36,665 bases of DNA from Gemmatimonadota bacterium (GTDB lineage Bacteria; Latescibacterota; UBA2968; UBA8231), in contig JAYOYH010000008.1 of the NCBI GenBank assembly GCA_038153405.1, forward strand, positions 1 to 36,665, in the 5' to 3' direction. Within the stretch, counting starts at the first letter, position 1. Every line of letters begins with the position of its first letter. Under the pieces are notes generated by a model. It was not told where the DNA came from, ran no database searches, and worked only from the letters and a program-made list of their open reading frames with translations. Shown here piece by piece: positions 9,248 through 18,878 of this stretch. A program made the position numbers and the translations under genes.

Positions 9248-10072
9248 ATGGAGGAGCAATTCACCCCCGAAGTTGAGCCTCCCGTCCAACGGCCGGACGG
9301 GGCGCTCTGCTTTGCCTTCTGTGCAGACCAATTGCTCGTATGCCAACGCGACGGTCAAGTCGCGGTGCCAACGCTGGCCGACCTAATGCCGTGTACGCTA
9401 GCCGTAGAGCGCGAATATTTCGTCGGGCATGACGACGAGCACGGCCCCTGCTTTGCCGCCGATCTGGGCAGCGTGTGTCAAGCGCCCAGCGGCATGGTAT
9501 TCCACGGTCTGCGCGACTTAGCCGATGCGCTGAGCGATCGCCTCTTTGCCGTCGGCGGCCGCGCCGTGCAGATCGTCAATTGGGGCCGCACGCATCGCTT
9601 CTGCGGGCGCTGCGGCGCAGAAACGCAAACCGCGCCATCGGAACGCGCACAAGTGTGTCCTCAGTGCGGATTGATGGCCTTTCCACGCCTATCGCCAGCC
9701 ATCATCGTGCGCATCCGGCGCGGCGAGCAGATCTTGTTGGCGCGCAACCACCGCTTTCCCCCGGGCCGCTTTAGCGTGCTAGCCGGCTTTGTAGAGCCCG
9801 GCGAGACGTTGGAGGAAGCCGTCGCGCGCGAAGTGCGCGAGGAGGTCGGAATCCGCGTGCGCGATATCCGCTATTTTGGTTCGCAGCCCTGGCCCTTTCC
9901 CAACTCGCTCATGCTCGGTTTTACGGCCGAGTACGCCGAGGGAGAGATTGTCGTCGACGAGAGCGAACTGGCCGAAGCGCACTGGTTTACACGCGATAAC
10001 CTGCCTGACCTGCCGCCGCCCATCAGCATCGCACGACGCCTTATCGAAGAGTTTCTGGAGCCATCCGCGTGA
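9248..10072 (+). CDS. nudC: NAD(H) diphosphatase / NAD-cap decapping Nudix hydrolase
   Basis: CGRCG...CPQCG zinc finger, Nudix box GFVEPGETLEEAVAREVREEVG, SQPWPFPNS signature. Confidence 0.95.
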   Translation: MEEQFTPEVEPPVQRPDGALCFAFCADQLLVCQRDGQVAVPTLADLMPCTLAVEREYFVGHDDEHGPCFAADLGSVCQAPSGMVFHGLRDLADALSDRLFAVGGRAVQIVNWGRTHRFCGRCGAETQTAPSERAQVCPQCGLMAFPRLSPAIIVRIRRGEQILLARNHRFPPGRFSVLAGFVEPGETLEEAVAREVREEVGIRVRDIRYFGSQPWPFPNSLMLGFTAEYAEGEIVVDESELAEAHWFTRDNLPDLPPPISIARRLIEEFLEPSA

Positions 10073-10701
10073 AGAAATTAGACAAAGTGGCGCTCGTCAT
10101 CGAAACACTCGACGCGCTCTACCCAGAGCCAGATATTCCCCTCGACAGCGACAGCCCCTTTACTCATTTGGTAGCCGTGCTGCTATCCGCCCAGTGCACA
10201 GATGCTCGCGTCAACACCGTTACACCGGCCCTTTTCCAACGCGCCGACACGGCGCGCGCCATGGCGCGCGTAGCGGTGGCCGATATAGCTGCCATTATTC
10301 GTCCCTGCGGCCTAGCGCCGCGCAAATCGCAGGCCATCAGCGACCTATCGCAGATTCTCGTAGACCAGTACGACGGCACCGTGCCGGACGATATAGATGC
10401 GCTCGAACGCCTGCCCGGCGTTGGCCACAAGACGGCACAGGTCGTCATGGCACAGTGCTTTGGCCAGCCGACCTTTCCCGTCGACACCCATATCCACCGA
10501 CTCATTTTTCGCTGGGGTCTGTCCAACGGCAAGAGCGTCGAACAGACGGAGCGGGATTGCAAACGCCTCTTCCCGCAAGAGCGCTGGAACGAGTTACACC
10601 TGCAGATCATCTATTTCGGGCGCCAATACTGTCCGGCGCGTGGGCACGTTTTGAGCGAATGTCCCCTGTGCAGCAAAATCGGCCGCAAAAGCCTGGCATA
10701 A
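10069..10701 (+). CDS. nth: Endonuclease III
   Basis: LLSAQCTD, HhH LPGVGHKTA, VDTH; GTGA overlap with nudC. Confidence 0.95.
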   Translation: MKKLDKVALVIETLDALYPEPDIPLDSDSPFTHLVAVLLSAQCTDARVNTVTPALFQRADTARAMARVAVADIAAIIRPCGLAPRKSQAISDLSQILVDQYDGTVPDDIDALERLPGVGHKTAQVVMAQCFGQPTFPVDTHIHRLIFRWGLSNGKSVEQTERDCKRLFPQERWNELHLQIIYFGRQYCPARGHVLSECPLCSKIGRKSLA

Positions 10702-10731
10702 GTCGGCTCAGCCAACGCGCATCAAAGCCGT

Positions 10732-10760
10732 TTGAATTGACATCCAATTTTAGTTAAGAT
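10732..10760 (+). promoter_or_regulatory. Sigma70-type promoter overlapped by palindrome AATTG-N5-CAATT
   Basis: TTGAAT(10732-37)-N17-TAAGAT(10755-60); inverted repeat 10735-10749. Confidence 0.55.
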
Positions 10761-10799
10761 TCTGCAAACCACTTGTTCCATTTTTATCCTGAGAATTGC

Positions 10800-12734
10800 A
10801 TGAACGGAGATCAACCGGCCGTCAGCGCGCGCGCCGTCCTCACCGGAACATTGCTCGTCTTGGCCATTAGCCTCATCAGCCCCTGGGCCATTTTAATGGT
10901 GCAGGGATCCCAGTTGACGAGCAACGCCATTCCCATTATCGCCATAGCGCTCTTGTTCCTGTTGACCATCGTCGCCATGCCGCTGCTGCGCGCGCTGGGC
11001 ACGAACTTTGCCTTTAGTCGCCAAGAGCTCATAACCATCTACATCATGATGTTAGTCGGATCGGTGGTAGTCACGACGGGATTTACCGGCTCTTTCCTAT
11101 CCGTTATCACCGGCGCGATGTACTACGCCACGCCGGAAAACGAGTGGGCCGAGCTGTTCCTACCCTATATACACCCCTTGCTGGCCCCTACCGATATCGA
11201 AGCGGTGCGCTTTTTCTACGAGGGGTCTCCCAAGGGCATGCCCGTTCCGTGGGATGCGTGGATCGTGCCGCTGCTGACGTGGATGGTATTTATCTTCGCC
11301 TTCTATCTGCTCATCCTATGTCTCGGCGTACTGCTGCGCGGGCAGTGGGTGGAAAACGAACGCCTCGTCTTCCCCCTTACGCGCCTGCCGCTTTCCATGA
11401 TCGAAGAGCCAGAAAAAGACAGTCCCTTTGCAGCTCTCTATCGCAGTCGCCTGCTGTGGATGGGCTTTTTGATTCCCCTGCTGCTGCACTCGTGGAACTC
11501 GCTCAACTTTTATCACGATGCCTTCCAGCGCATCGCACTTAACGGCCAGATCGTACTTATTCCCGGCGCACTCGCCCTGCCCTACCGCTTTAACCTGCCC
11601 ATCATGGGGCTGGCTTATCTAATGCCGCTCAATGTCGCTTTTAGCATTTGGTTTTTTTTCATACTCGGCACCCTGCAAAGCCTGGTATTTTCGCGCATCG
11701 GACTAGCGATCAAGGGCGGCAGCGACATTTGGACCTCCGGCGGTGCACACACTGCTCTGACCCACCAAATGGCAGGAGGCTTTTTTGCCCTGGCTATTTT
11801 TGTGCTCTGGACAGCGCGATCGCACCTTCGCCGCCTATGGGATTTGGCTAAGCAAGGACGCGATGCACCCGGCGAAGTGCTCTCGCCGCGCCTGGCCTTT
11901 GCCGGCTTGATCATCAGCGCGCTCTTTATGGTCGCCTGGATGAGCGCGACCGGCTTGGACGTCCATATTGCCCTGCTCGTGGTCATTGGCGCCATCCTCA
12001 CCTTTGTCGCCCTGTCGCGCATCGTGTGCGAGGCGGGCATTCCCGGCGCACAAATGCCCATGGCACCGCAGGCCTTTATCACGCGCGGCTTCGGCCCCGA
12101 AGGGCTAGGCTTGGGCAATATGACGGGGTTGGGTTACAGCACGGTGTGGTTGGGTGAAACGGCGGCCAATATGATGAACGCCGTGATGCACTCGCTCAAA
12201 TTGCTATCCTCTTCAGAACGGCCTTCGCGCCGGCTGCCGTGGGCCATCTTTCTCGCCATTGCCGTCGGCCTGGTCGGTTCGATTTGGGTCACGATGGAAA
12301 TGGCCTATACATACGGTGGTATTAACCTGCACGGCTGGTACTACAACGGCGCGCCGCGCTGGCCGTTTAACTATATGTCGTCGGTGTACAATATGCCAGA
12401 CGCCGACGTGGCTACCCGCTTCGGCTTTACCGGAGGGGGCGCCCTCTTTATGGTGGGGCTACTATACCTGCGCCAGCGCTTCCTTTGGTGGCCGCTGCAC
12501 CCGATCGGCTTTCCCATCGCCAATACCTACACCATTATGTCCTACGGATGGTTGGCCATCTTTATGGCCTGGCTATTCAAAGCCACCATCCTGCGCTACG
12601 GCGGCGTGCGCCTATACCGACTGATGGTGCCCTTTTTTCTCGGCCTAGCGCTGGGGGAATTCTCGACTGCCGTGCTGTGGGTATTTATCGACGGGGCCTT
12701 TGGCGTCCAGGGCAATATGATTTTCAACTTCTAA
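10800..12734 (+). CDS. DUF6785/DUF6784-type polytopic membrane protein (putative transporter)
   Basis: ~644 aa with many hydrophobic segments; ERLVFPLTRLP, SRIVCEAG, WWPLHPIGF, PFFLGLALGE blocks as I recall for this family. Confidence 0.75.
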   Translation: MNGDQPAVSARAVLTGTLLVLAISLISPWAILMVQGSQLTSNAIPIIAIALLFLLTIVAMPLLRALGTNFAFSRQELITIYIMMLVGSVVVTTGFTGSFLSVITGAMYYATPENEWAELFLPYIHPLLAPTDIEAVRFFYEGSPKGMPVPWDAWIVPLLTWMVFIFAFYLLILCLGVLLRGQWVENERLVFPLTRLPLSMIEEPEKDSPFAALYRSRLLWMGFLIPLLLHSWNSLNFYHDAFQRIALNGQIVLIPGALALPYRFNLPIMGLAYLMPLNVAFSIWFFFILGTLQSLVFSRIGLAIKGGSDIWTSGGAHTALTHQMAGGFFALAIFVLWTARSHLRRLWDLAKQGRDAPGEVLSPRLAFAGLIISALFMVAWMSATGLDVHIALLVVIGAILTFVALSRIVCEAGIPGAQMPMAPQAFITRGFGPEGLGLGNMTGLGYSTVWLGETAANMMNAVMHSLKLLSSSERPSRRLPWAIFLAIAVGLVGSIWVTMEMAYTYGGINLHGWYYNGAPRWPFNYMSSVYNMPDADVATRFGFTGGGALFMVGLLYLRQRFLWWPLHPIGFPIANTYTIMSYGWLAIFMAWLFKATILRYGGVRLYRLMVPFFLGLALGEFSTAVLWVFIDGAFGVQGNMIFNF

Positions 12735-12752
12735 GAAGGAGAGGACGCAGCC

Positions 12753-13571
12753 ATGAGCGCACGCGACGAGTACCGCTATAACCGCCTGACTTGGGACGAG
12801 ATGAACGAGGCTATCGCCATGCAGAAACTCGTTCTGCTGCCCACTGGATCCACCGAACAGCACGGCCGCCATCTGCCGCTGGATACCGACGTATTTTTAG
12901 CCGAGTCCGTCTGCCTCGAAGTCGGGCGCCGCATACCCGAAAAAGTGCTCGTGCTGCCGCCGATCGCCTACGGACTCAATATGCACCACATCGATTTTCC
13001 CGGTACCATCCATATCGAACCCGAAGTGTTTATCGCCTTCTGTCTCAACATCACCAAGTCGGTCGCCTACCACGGATTTGAGAAAATACTGCTGGTAAAC
13101 GGCCATGGCTCCAATGGCCCACTAATCGACTTGGTGGCGCGCAAGACAACGCTGGCTACCGATTCGCTGTGCTTTGCCTGCAGCTATCCCAGCTTTTTGT
13201 GGGAAAAGTTTGAAGCGGTGCGCGAGTCCGCGGTGGCCGCTCACGCCGACGAATTTGAGACCTCGCTCTACCTACACCTAGCCGGCGATCGCGTGCAAAT
13301 GGACAAAGCGGAAAAGGGAGACGACCGCATGGGACGCTATGTCAGTTCGGATTCAACTTCGCCCTTTATTCGCTTTAACGACTACTGGGGACGCTGGACT
13401 CAGCTCGGCGTGCACGGCGACCCGACGGTGGCTACCGCCGAAAAGGGCCGCGTTATTTTTGAGGCCGCCGTCGAAGGGTTGGTCGATGCGGCCGATGAAC
13501 TGCGCAATTGGCCGATCGAACAACGCGCCGACATGCACGATCACCCCGTGCAAAAACACATTCGCTGGTAG
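12753..13571 (+). CDS. Creatininase-family amidohydrolase
   Basis: GSTEQHGRHLPLDTD, NGHGSN, HADEFETS, GVHGDP..ATAEKG. Confidence 0.92.
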   Translation: MSARDEYRYNRLTWDEMNEAIAMQKLVLLPTGSTEQHGRHLPLDTDVFLAESVCLEVGRRIPEKVLVLPPIAYGLNMHHIDFPGTIHIEPEVFIAFCLNITKSVAYHGFEKILLVNGHGSNGPLIDLVARKTTLATDSLCFACSYPSFLWEKFEAVRESAVAAHADEFETSLYLHLAGDRVQMDKAEKGDDRMGRYVSSDSTSPFIRFNDYWGRWTQLGVHGDPTVATAEKGRVIFEAAVEGLVDAADELRNWPIEQRADMHDHPVQKHIRW

Positions 13572-13579
13572 GGTTTACC

Positions 13580-14860
13580 ATGGTCAACATAGGCGCTGCA
13601 CAGATCGATATAACCCCGACTGACTCCGTCTGGTTAGTGGGCTACGGCGACCGCGACCGTCCCTCGGAGGGCGTCTATCAACCGCTGCGCGCCGGCGCGC
13701 TCTACCTGCGCGGCGATAGCGATGCGGCCCTCGTTATCACGGCCGACCTGATTGGCTATGATCTGGCCTTTGCCGCCGAGAGCAAAGCGCTGATTGCCGA
13801 TGCGACCGGCCTGCTGCCGCGGCAGATCGTTCTCACCGCTACCCATACGCACTGCGCGCCGTTCTTCTATCCGTGGATAATGCCCGGTCAGCCCGATTGG
13901 GGCTATGCTGCGTTCTTGAAGGAACGCCTTGTGCAAGTATCGCGTCGTGCCCTGGCCAACGCACTGCCTGGCACCCTGTCCTTTGCCCGCGGCTCCTCTA
14001 ACTTTGGCGTCAATCGCCGCAGGCCCGACGGCAAGGGGGGCGTGCTTTTTGCACCACATCCCGATGGCCCCATGGATCGCGACCTCGACACGCTGTGGTG
14101 CCGCGATGCGCAGGGACACCCGGTGGCCAGCCTGACCGTCTTTGGCTGCCACCCGACCAGCCTCGGCGGTTATCTAATCGGCGGTGACTACCCGGGCTAC
14201 TTGTGCCGCACCCTCGAAGAAGAGACTGGCGCCCCGGCTTTTTTTGCCACCGGCTGCGCGGGCAATATACGGCCCTGGTATGGCGAATCGGCCAACCGCT
14301 TTGCCCGCCCTTCGTTTGATGAACTGGAAGCCGCCGGTCGCAGCCTAGCCCACGACGTGCTGGCCACCGCCGACGCAGCGCTACCCCTAGCGGCGCACAA
14401 GCTGCGCGTCGACAGCCGCTTTCACCCCCTGCCCTACGTAGAATTGCCCAGCGCAGACCAACTGCAAGAGGCTGCGCGCTCGGACGATCCCCGCCGCCGC
14501 GATTGGGGTCATACCATGCTGGCGCACCTCGAACACGGCTCGCTGGCGCCGGCTTGTCCGCAGGAAATTCAAGTCATCTCCTTCGACGAAGGGCACTGTG
14601 CCATTTTCCTCGGCGGCGAGATCCTCACAGAAATAGGTCTACACATCAAAGCAGCGCTGCGACCGCTGACAGCCATTACCTGCGCCTATGCAAACGGCCT
14701 GATCGCCTACGTCCCCTCCGAATCGACCTACGATTTGCGCGGCTACGAGGTGGATGGCTCCCACCATTTCTTTATTCGCCCCGCCCCTTTTGAACGCCAT
14801 GTAGAATCGCTCATCGTCGACAACGTAGGGCAACTGCTAGCCGATCTGCGCAAGAGCTAG
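13580..14860 (+). CDS. Neutral/alkaline ceramidase-like amidohydrolase
   Basis: ATG 13580; DITP, ATHTHCAP, GVNRR, CHPT, GDYPG, GCAGN, YANG..AYVP, GYE. Confidence 0.85.
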   Translation: MVNIGAAQIDITPTDSVWLVGYGDRDRPSEGVYQPLRAGALYLRGDSDAALVITADLIGYDLAFAAESKALIADATGLLPRQIVLTATHTHCAPFFYPWIMPGQPDWGYAAFLKERLVQVSRRALANALPGTLSFARGSSNFGVNRRRPDGKGGVLFAPHPDGPMDRDLDTLWCRDAQGHPVASLTVFGCHPTSLGGYLIGGDYPGYLCRTLEEETGAPAFFATGCAGNIRPWYGESANRFARPSFDELEAAGRSLAHDVLATADAALPLAAHKLRVDSRFHPLPYVELPSADQLQEAARSDDPRRRDWGHTMLAHLEHGSLAPACPQEIQVISFDEGHCAIFLGGEILTEIGLHIKAALRPLTAITCAYANGLIAYVPSESTYDLRGYEVDGSHHFFIRPAPFERHVESLIVDNVGQLLADLRKS

Positions 14861-14964
14861 CCCGCGCGTTGATACCGCAACGCCATCGAGCGTAGGTCTA
14901 CACTCTCTATTGCGCTATTCGCTATATTTACACAGGCGCGTTCAACACCCGAACCTAGGCTTTC

Positions 14965-16101
14965 ATGAATCGCTCAACGGACATAGAATTTGCCATAGCA
15001 GCCATTTTAAAAAGTGCCCAGAAAAAGCTGCATCTAATAAGCGATTTAGACGGCGAGCGCGAACATATTCGGGTTCAAGGTGAGAGTATTCTCATACGCG
15101 CCAAATCTATTGGCAAACACCACATCGAGTGCACCGAATCGATTATCATCGACGCTTCGATCGACGGCGGCATTGGGTCGTCTGGCCGCATTGAGGCTGC
15201 GAGTGAGGCCATCATCACCGGCGATGCCTACAATCAGCATATAACGGCTCATACGATTCGCATAGGTGGCAAAGCGGTCGATTGCCGACTCGAGTCATTG
15301 GGCGATACCGTCGTGCAAGGCGATCTGATCGAATCGCACGTCGTCTTGGGCGCTCTAGGTATTTTCAGGTCAGAGCTCCAACAGTGGGAGGGCCAAATTC
15401 GCCGCCTCGTAGAGCAGCACGAACTCATCGGCCGACAGATCGCGCGCGATGCAAATAACCTGCGCAAGATATGCGATTCCGCCAGCTTTAACCTCAACCT
15501 CGCCGCCGGTCGCCTTATTCAACACGAAGCGAAAGGCCTCAAGATCGACCTGACTTTTTTTTACGAACAGGTAAAGGAAAAGAGCGACGACGAGGTGCGC
15601 CTAGCGTTAAACGAGTTTTTTAACCGAGGCATCGTCGGAGTAATCGGACGCGCCAACCGCAGTTATTTTGCCAGCAGTCCCGCCAACGAGCGCCTATTTA
15701 CCAAGGTCCTATCCAGTCTGCGCCAGCTGGTTTTTTCAGTCTACGAGCGCGACGGAATGGAAAGGAATATCGTGCGCGATCGCGACGCGTTCGACGAGTA
15801 TCTCGCGCGCTATAAACGGCCTGACCGCCATTTACAGGCGCGCGGAAAAATATCCCCTGCATCGAAGGTAGATTTTCTATTCCCTCACCTCGAAATCAAC
15901 GAAGAGGGCTACGCCACCGTTGCCACGAGCACTGTCCGCCTGAGTATACTCTCCGACGAACAAGGCACAGTGCTGCGGCAGAAGTCTCCCAATGGATCGG
16001 AACATACCACTCGCACAAGAGGGGAACTCAAAGCGGTCCGCATCGGCCTACAGGGAGACGACGCAACAGCCACCGTGCGCACGGTCCCGTTGCGCGAGTA
16101 G
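14965..16101 (+). CDS. Hypothetical protein, weak resemblance to FapA/DUF342 C-terminal region
   Basis: Beta-helix-like I/G-rich stretch, coiled-coil segment, then GKISPASKV (cf. GxIYPGVxI). Confidence 0.5.
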   Translation: MNRSTDIEFAIAAILKSAQKKLHLISDLDGEREHIRVQGESILIRAKSIGKHHIECTESIIIDASIDGGIGSSGRIEAASEAIITGDAYNQHITAHTIRIGGKAVDCRLESLGDTVVQGDLIESHVVLGALGIFRSELQQWEGQIRRLVEQHELIGRQIARDANNLRKICDSASFNLNLAAGRLIQHEAKGLKIDLTFFYEQVKEKSDDEVRLALNEFFNRGIVGVIGRANRSYFASSPANERLFTKVLSSLRQLVFSVYERDGMERNIVRDRDAFDEYLARYKRPDRHLQARGKISPASKVDFLFPHLEINEEGYATVATSTVRLSILSDEQGTVLRQKSPNGSEHTTRTRGELKAVRIGLQGDDATATVRTVPLRE

Positions 16102-16187
16102 CAAACGGCAGCCAAAGCAACAGGACCTATTGCCAGCCTCCAGCGGCTGTGCGCGACGGACTGGCCCATCACAGCCAAGGCTAGCAC

Positions 16188-17171
16188 ATGACACATATTG
16201 TCGTCGAGAAGCTGGTCAAGACCTACCGCATAGCCGAGCGCAGAGCAGGTCTCGGCGGCGCAGTGCGCGGTTTATTTAAGCGAAACTACCGAACGGTGCG
16301 CGCCCTCAGCGACGTTTCCTTCGCCATTGGGCGGGGTGAGTTGGTCGGCTATATCGGCCCCAACGGCGCCGGTAAGTCAACCACCGTGAAAGTGCTATCC
16401 GGCATTCTCGTGCCCGACACGGGTACCTGTCGCGTGCTCGGTCGCGTGCCCTGGGAGGAGCGGGTAGAACACGTCCGCCGCATTGGCGTAGTCTTTGGCC
16501 AACGCACGCAGCTGTGGTGGGATTTGCCCGTCGTCGAGTCTTTTGAGCTGCTGGCCAGCATTTACAATATCCCCGCTCAGGTCTACAAAACCCGCCTTGA
16601 TGAGCTGGTTGAGCAACTCGGCTTAGGCCGCTTTTTGGACGTGCCGGTGCGCCAACTTTCGCTGGGCCAGCGCATGCGCAGCGATCTGGCCGCTTCGCTC
16701 CTACACGGCCCCGAACTCCTCTTTCTCGACGAACCAACCATCGGTCTGGATGCCGTATCTAAGCTAGCCGTGCGCGAATTCGTGCAGCGACTCAACGCAG
16801 AGCGCGGCACGACGGTCATTCTCACCACGCACGATATGGACGATATTGAGGCACTGTGCAAGCGCGTCTTGGTCATCGGCGACGGCGTCATCCTCTCCGA
16901 CGGCTCGCTGGAGTCGCTGCGCACCCGCGTCAGCCCAGAGCGCGACTTAATCATCGATTTAGAGCGGGAAATGCCCATTGCCGATCCCGACGCACGCGTG
17001 ATTCGCCGGGACGGCCTACGCGTCCATCTGCGCTTCAATCCCCAGCAAATTTCTGCCCCTGCCTTGATCAGCCGCATCACCGCGCGCCATCCCGTGCGCG
17101 ACCTCTTTGTAGAGAATCCACCCATTGAAGAGATCATCGCTCGACTCTACCGCCAGCAGGAGGCCCTATGA
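16188..17171 (+). CDS. ABC exporter ATP-binding subunit
   Basis: Walker A GPNGAGKST, signature LSLGQRMR, Walker B LFLDEPT, TTH. Confidence 0.95.
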   Translation: MTHIVVEKLVKTYRIAERRAGLGGAVRGLFKRNYRTVRALSDVSFAIGRGELVGYIGPNGAGKSTTVKVLSGILVPDTGTCRVLGRVPWEERVEHVRRIGVVFGQRTQLWWDLPVVESFELLASIYNIPAQVYKTRLDELVEQLGLGRFLDVPVRQLSLGQRMRSDLAASLLHGPELLFLDEPTIGLDAVSKLAVREFVQRLNAERGTTVILTTHDMDDIEALCKRVLVIGDGVILSDGSLESLRTRVSPERDLIIDLEREMPIADPDARVIRRDGLRVHLRFNPQQISAPALISRITARHPVRDLFVENPPIEEIIARLYRQQEAL

Positions 17172-17959
17172 GGGCCTATTGGGCCCTTTTTAGCGGGCGT
17201 CTACGCATGCTGCTGCAGTATCGCACCGCGGCGCTGGCCGGCCTAACCACCCAGTTATTTTGGGGTCTGATACGCGTTATGGCCTTCGAGGCGTTCTATC
17301 GCTCCAGCAGCAAGGCGATGCCTCTATCTATTGAACAAACGGTCGATTATATCTGGCTCGGCCAGGCCTTTCTCATGCTCTTACCCGTGCGCCTCGACGC
17401 GGAAATACGCGCTATGGTGCGCACCGGCAGCGTGGCCTACGAGCTAGTGCGCCCCCTCGACCTCTACGCGCTATGGTATGCCCGCACCATCGCCTCGTGC
17501 CTGGCCCCCACGGTGCTGCGCTGCATGCCCTTGTGCATCATCGCCCTATTTGTATTCGATATGCGCCTGCCGTCTTCACCCGCCTCGGCGATGGCTTTCG
17601 CCCTGTCGATGATGGTCGCCCTGCTCCTGGCATCAGCCCTTTCCAACCTGCTCAACATAACGCTGCTTTGGACCTTGGCCGGCGAGGGCATGGCCCATAT
17701 TGCGCAGGTGGCAACGTTCCTTTTTTGCGGTATGATCGTTCCGCTGCCGCTCTTCCCCGACTTCCTCCAGCCCATCTTAGTCTATTTGCCCTTCGCCGGC
17801 TTGATGGACCTACCTTTTCGCCTCTATACCGGTCATATTGCGGCAGCCGAGATAACCAGCGTGCTGGCTCGGCAGATCTTCTGGACCGTCGCCTTGGTGC
17901 TATGCGGACGCTGGCTGCTGTCGCGCGGCACGCGCGTCCTCGTCGCGCAAGGAGGCTGA
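17168..17959 (+). CDS. ABC-2-type permease (DUF990-like)
   Basis: LQYR, YIWLGQ, G.VAYELVRP, PL.LFP..L...LPF; ATGA overlap with the ATPase. Confidence 0.88.
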   Translation: MRAYWALFSGRLRMLLQYRTAALAGLTTQLFWGLIRVMAFEAFYRSSSKAMPLSIEQTVDYIWLGQAFLMLLPVRLDAEIRAMVRTGSVAYELVRPLDLYALWYARTIASCLAPTVLRCMPLCIIALFVFDMRLPSSPASAMAFALSMMVALLLASALSNLLNITLLWTLAGEGMAHIAQVATFLFCGMIVPLPLFPDFLQPILVYLPFAGLMDLPFRLYTGHIAAAEITSVLARQIFWTVALVLCGRWLLSRGTRVLVAQGG

Positions 17960-17960
17960 T

Positions 17961-18764
17961 ATGCGCGACGCTTTCGCACTGTACTTCCGGTATATCAGCG
18001 CATCTTTCCGCGGTCAGATGCAATACCGCGCCTCGTTTATCATGATGACGCTGGCCCACTTCCTTATGACAGGTCTCGAATTTCTCGCCATCTGGGTGCT
18101 CTTTGCCCGCTTTGAGCACCTGGGCTCATGGCGTCTAGAAGAGGTCTGCCTATTCTACGGGCTCATCAATATGGCCTTTGCACTCGCGGATGCGACTTCG
18201 CGCGGCTTTGATATGTTTCACCACATGGTTAAAACGGGCGATTTCGACCGCCTGCTGCTGCGTCCGCGCAGCACCGTAACGCAGTTGGCGGGTCAGGAAT
18301 TTACCCTGCGTCGCATCGGTCGCTTTAGTCAGGGACTATTGGTATTTCTCTACGCCGCACAAGCGCTGAGCATCGAATGGACGGTGGCTAAAGTCGCACT
18401 AGTCGCGTTTACCATAGCCGGCGGCGCCTGTCTTTTTTATGGCTTGATCGTCCTTCAGGCGACCATGGCATTCTGGACTACGGAGTCCCTTGAGATCGTA
18501 AATACCGTCACCTATGGCGGCGTGCAAACGGCGCAATATCCGCTCACCATATACCGCACCTGGTTTCGCCAGGTATTCACCTATATCGTCCCCTTGGCCA
18601 GCATAAGCTACTACCCGTCCCTCGCCCTGCTAGAAAAAGCCGATCCACTCGGATCCGACCCGGTATTCCAGTGGCTATCACCCGCCATTGGCATCGCCTT
18701 TTTCCTCCTGTGCCTGCAGATCTGGCACATCGGCGTGCGCCACTATCGCTCGACGGGCAGTTGA
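17961..18764 (+). CDS. ABC-2-type permease (DUF990-like)
   Basis: MQYRASF, GDFDRLLLRP, QYPLTIY, YRSTGS C-terminus. Confidence 0.88.
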   Translation: MRDAFALYFRYISASFRGQMQYRASFIMMTLAHFLMTGLEFLAIWVLFARFEHLGSWRLEEVCLFYGLINMAFALADATSRGFDMFHHMVKTGDFDRLLLRPRSTVTQLAGQEFTLRRIGRFSQGLLVFLYAAQALSIEWTVAKVALVAFTIAGGACLFYGLIVLQATMAFWTTESLEIVNTVTYGGVQTAQYPLTIYRTWFRQVFTYIVPLASISYYPSLALLEKADPLGSDPVFQWLSPAIGIAFFLLCLQIWHIGVRHYRSTGS

Positions 18765-18768
18765 ACAA

Positions 18769-18797
18769 TTGACGCCCAACGCGCCGCGTCGTATTGT
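18769..18797 (+). promoter_or_regulatory. Sigma70-type promoter for the downstream extended SDR
   Basis: TTGACG(18769-74)-N17-TATTGT(18792-97). Confidence 0.55.
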
Positions 18798-18878
18798 TTG
18801 CGCCAATGACACCAACGCACGGAATACACCGTGGGATAGCCTACGTATTCTTCTATTCGCCTGGCGAGAAAGTCCGTT

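Noticed and set aside
8167..9264. 365-aa antisense ORF over the DUF2961 gene
   Set aside because: Shadow of a GC-biased sense gene with no recognisable motifs; the same applies to 27785-28573 and 33845-34723.
12753..13571. Creatininase as mycofactocin MftE or a RiPP peptidase
   Set aside because: No precursor peptide, radical SAM or other mft genes in the window.
16188..18764. ABC exporter as a specific resistance or defence system
   Set aside because: Widespread three-gene type with no adjacent biosynthetic or toxin genes.
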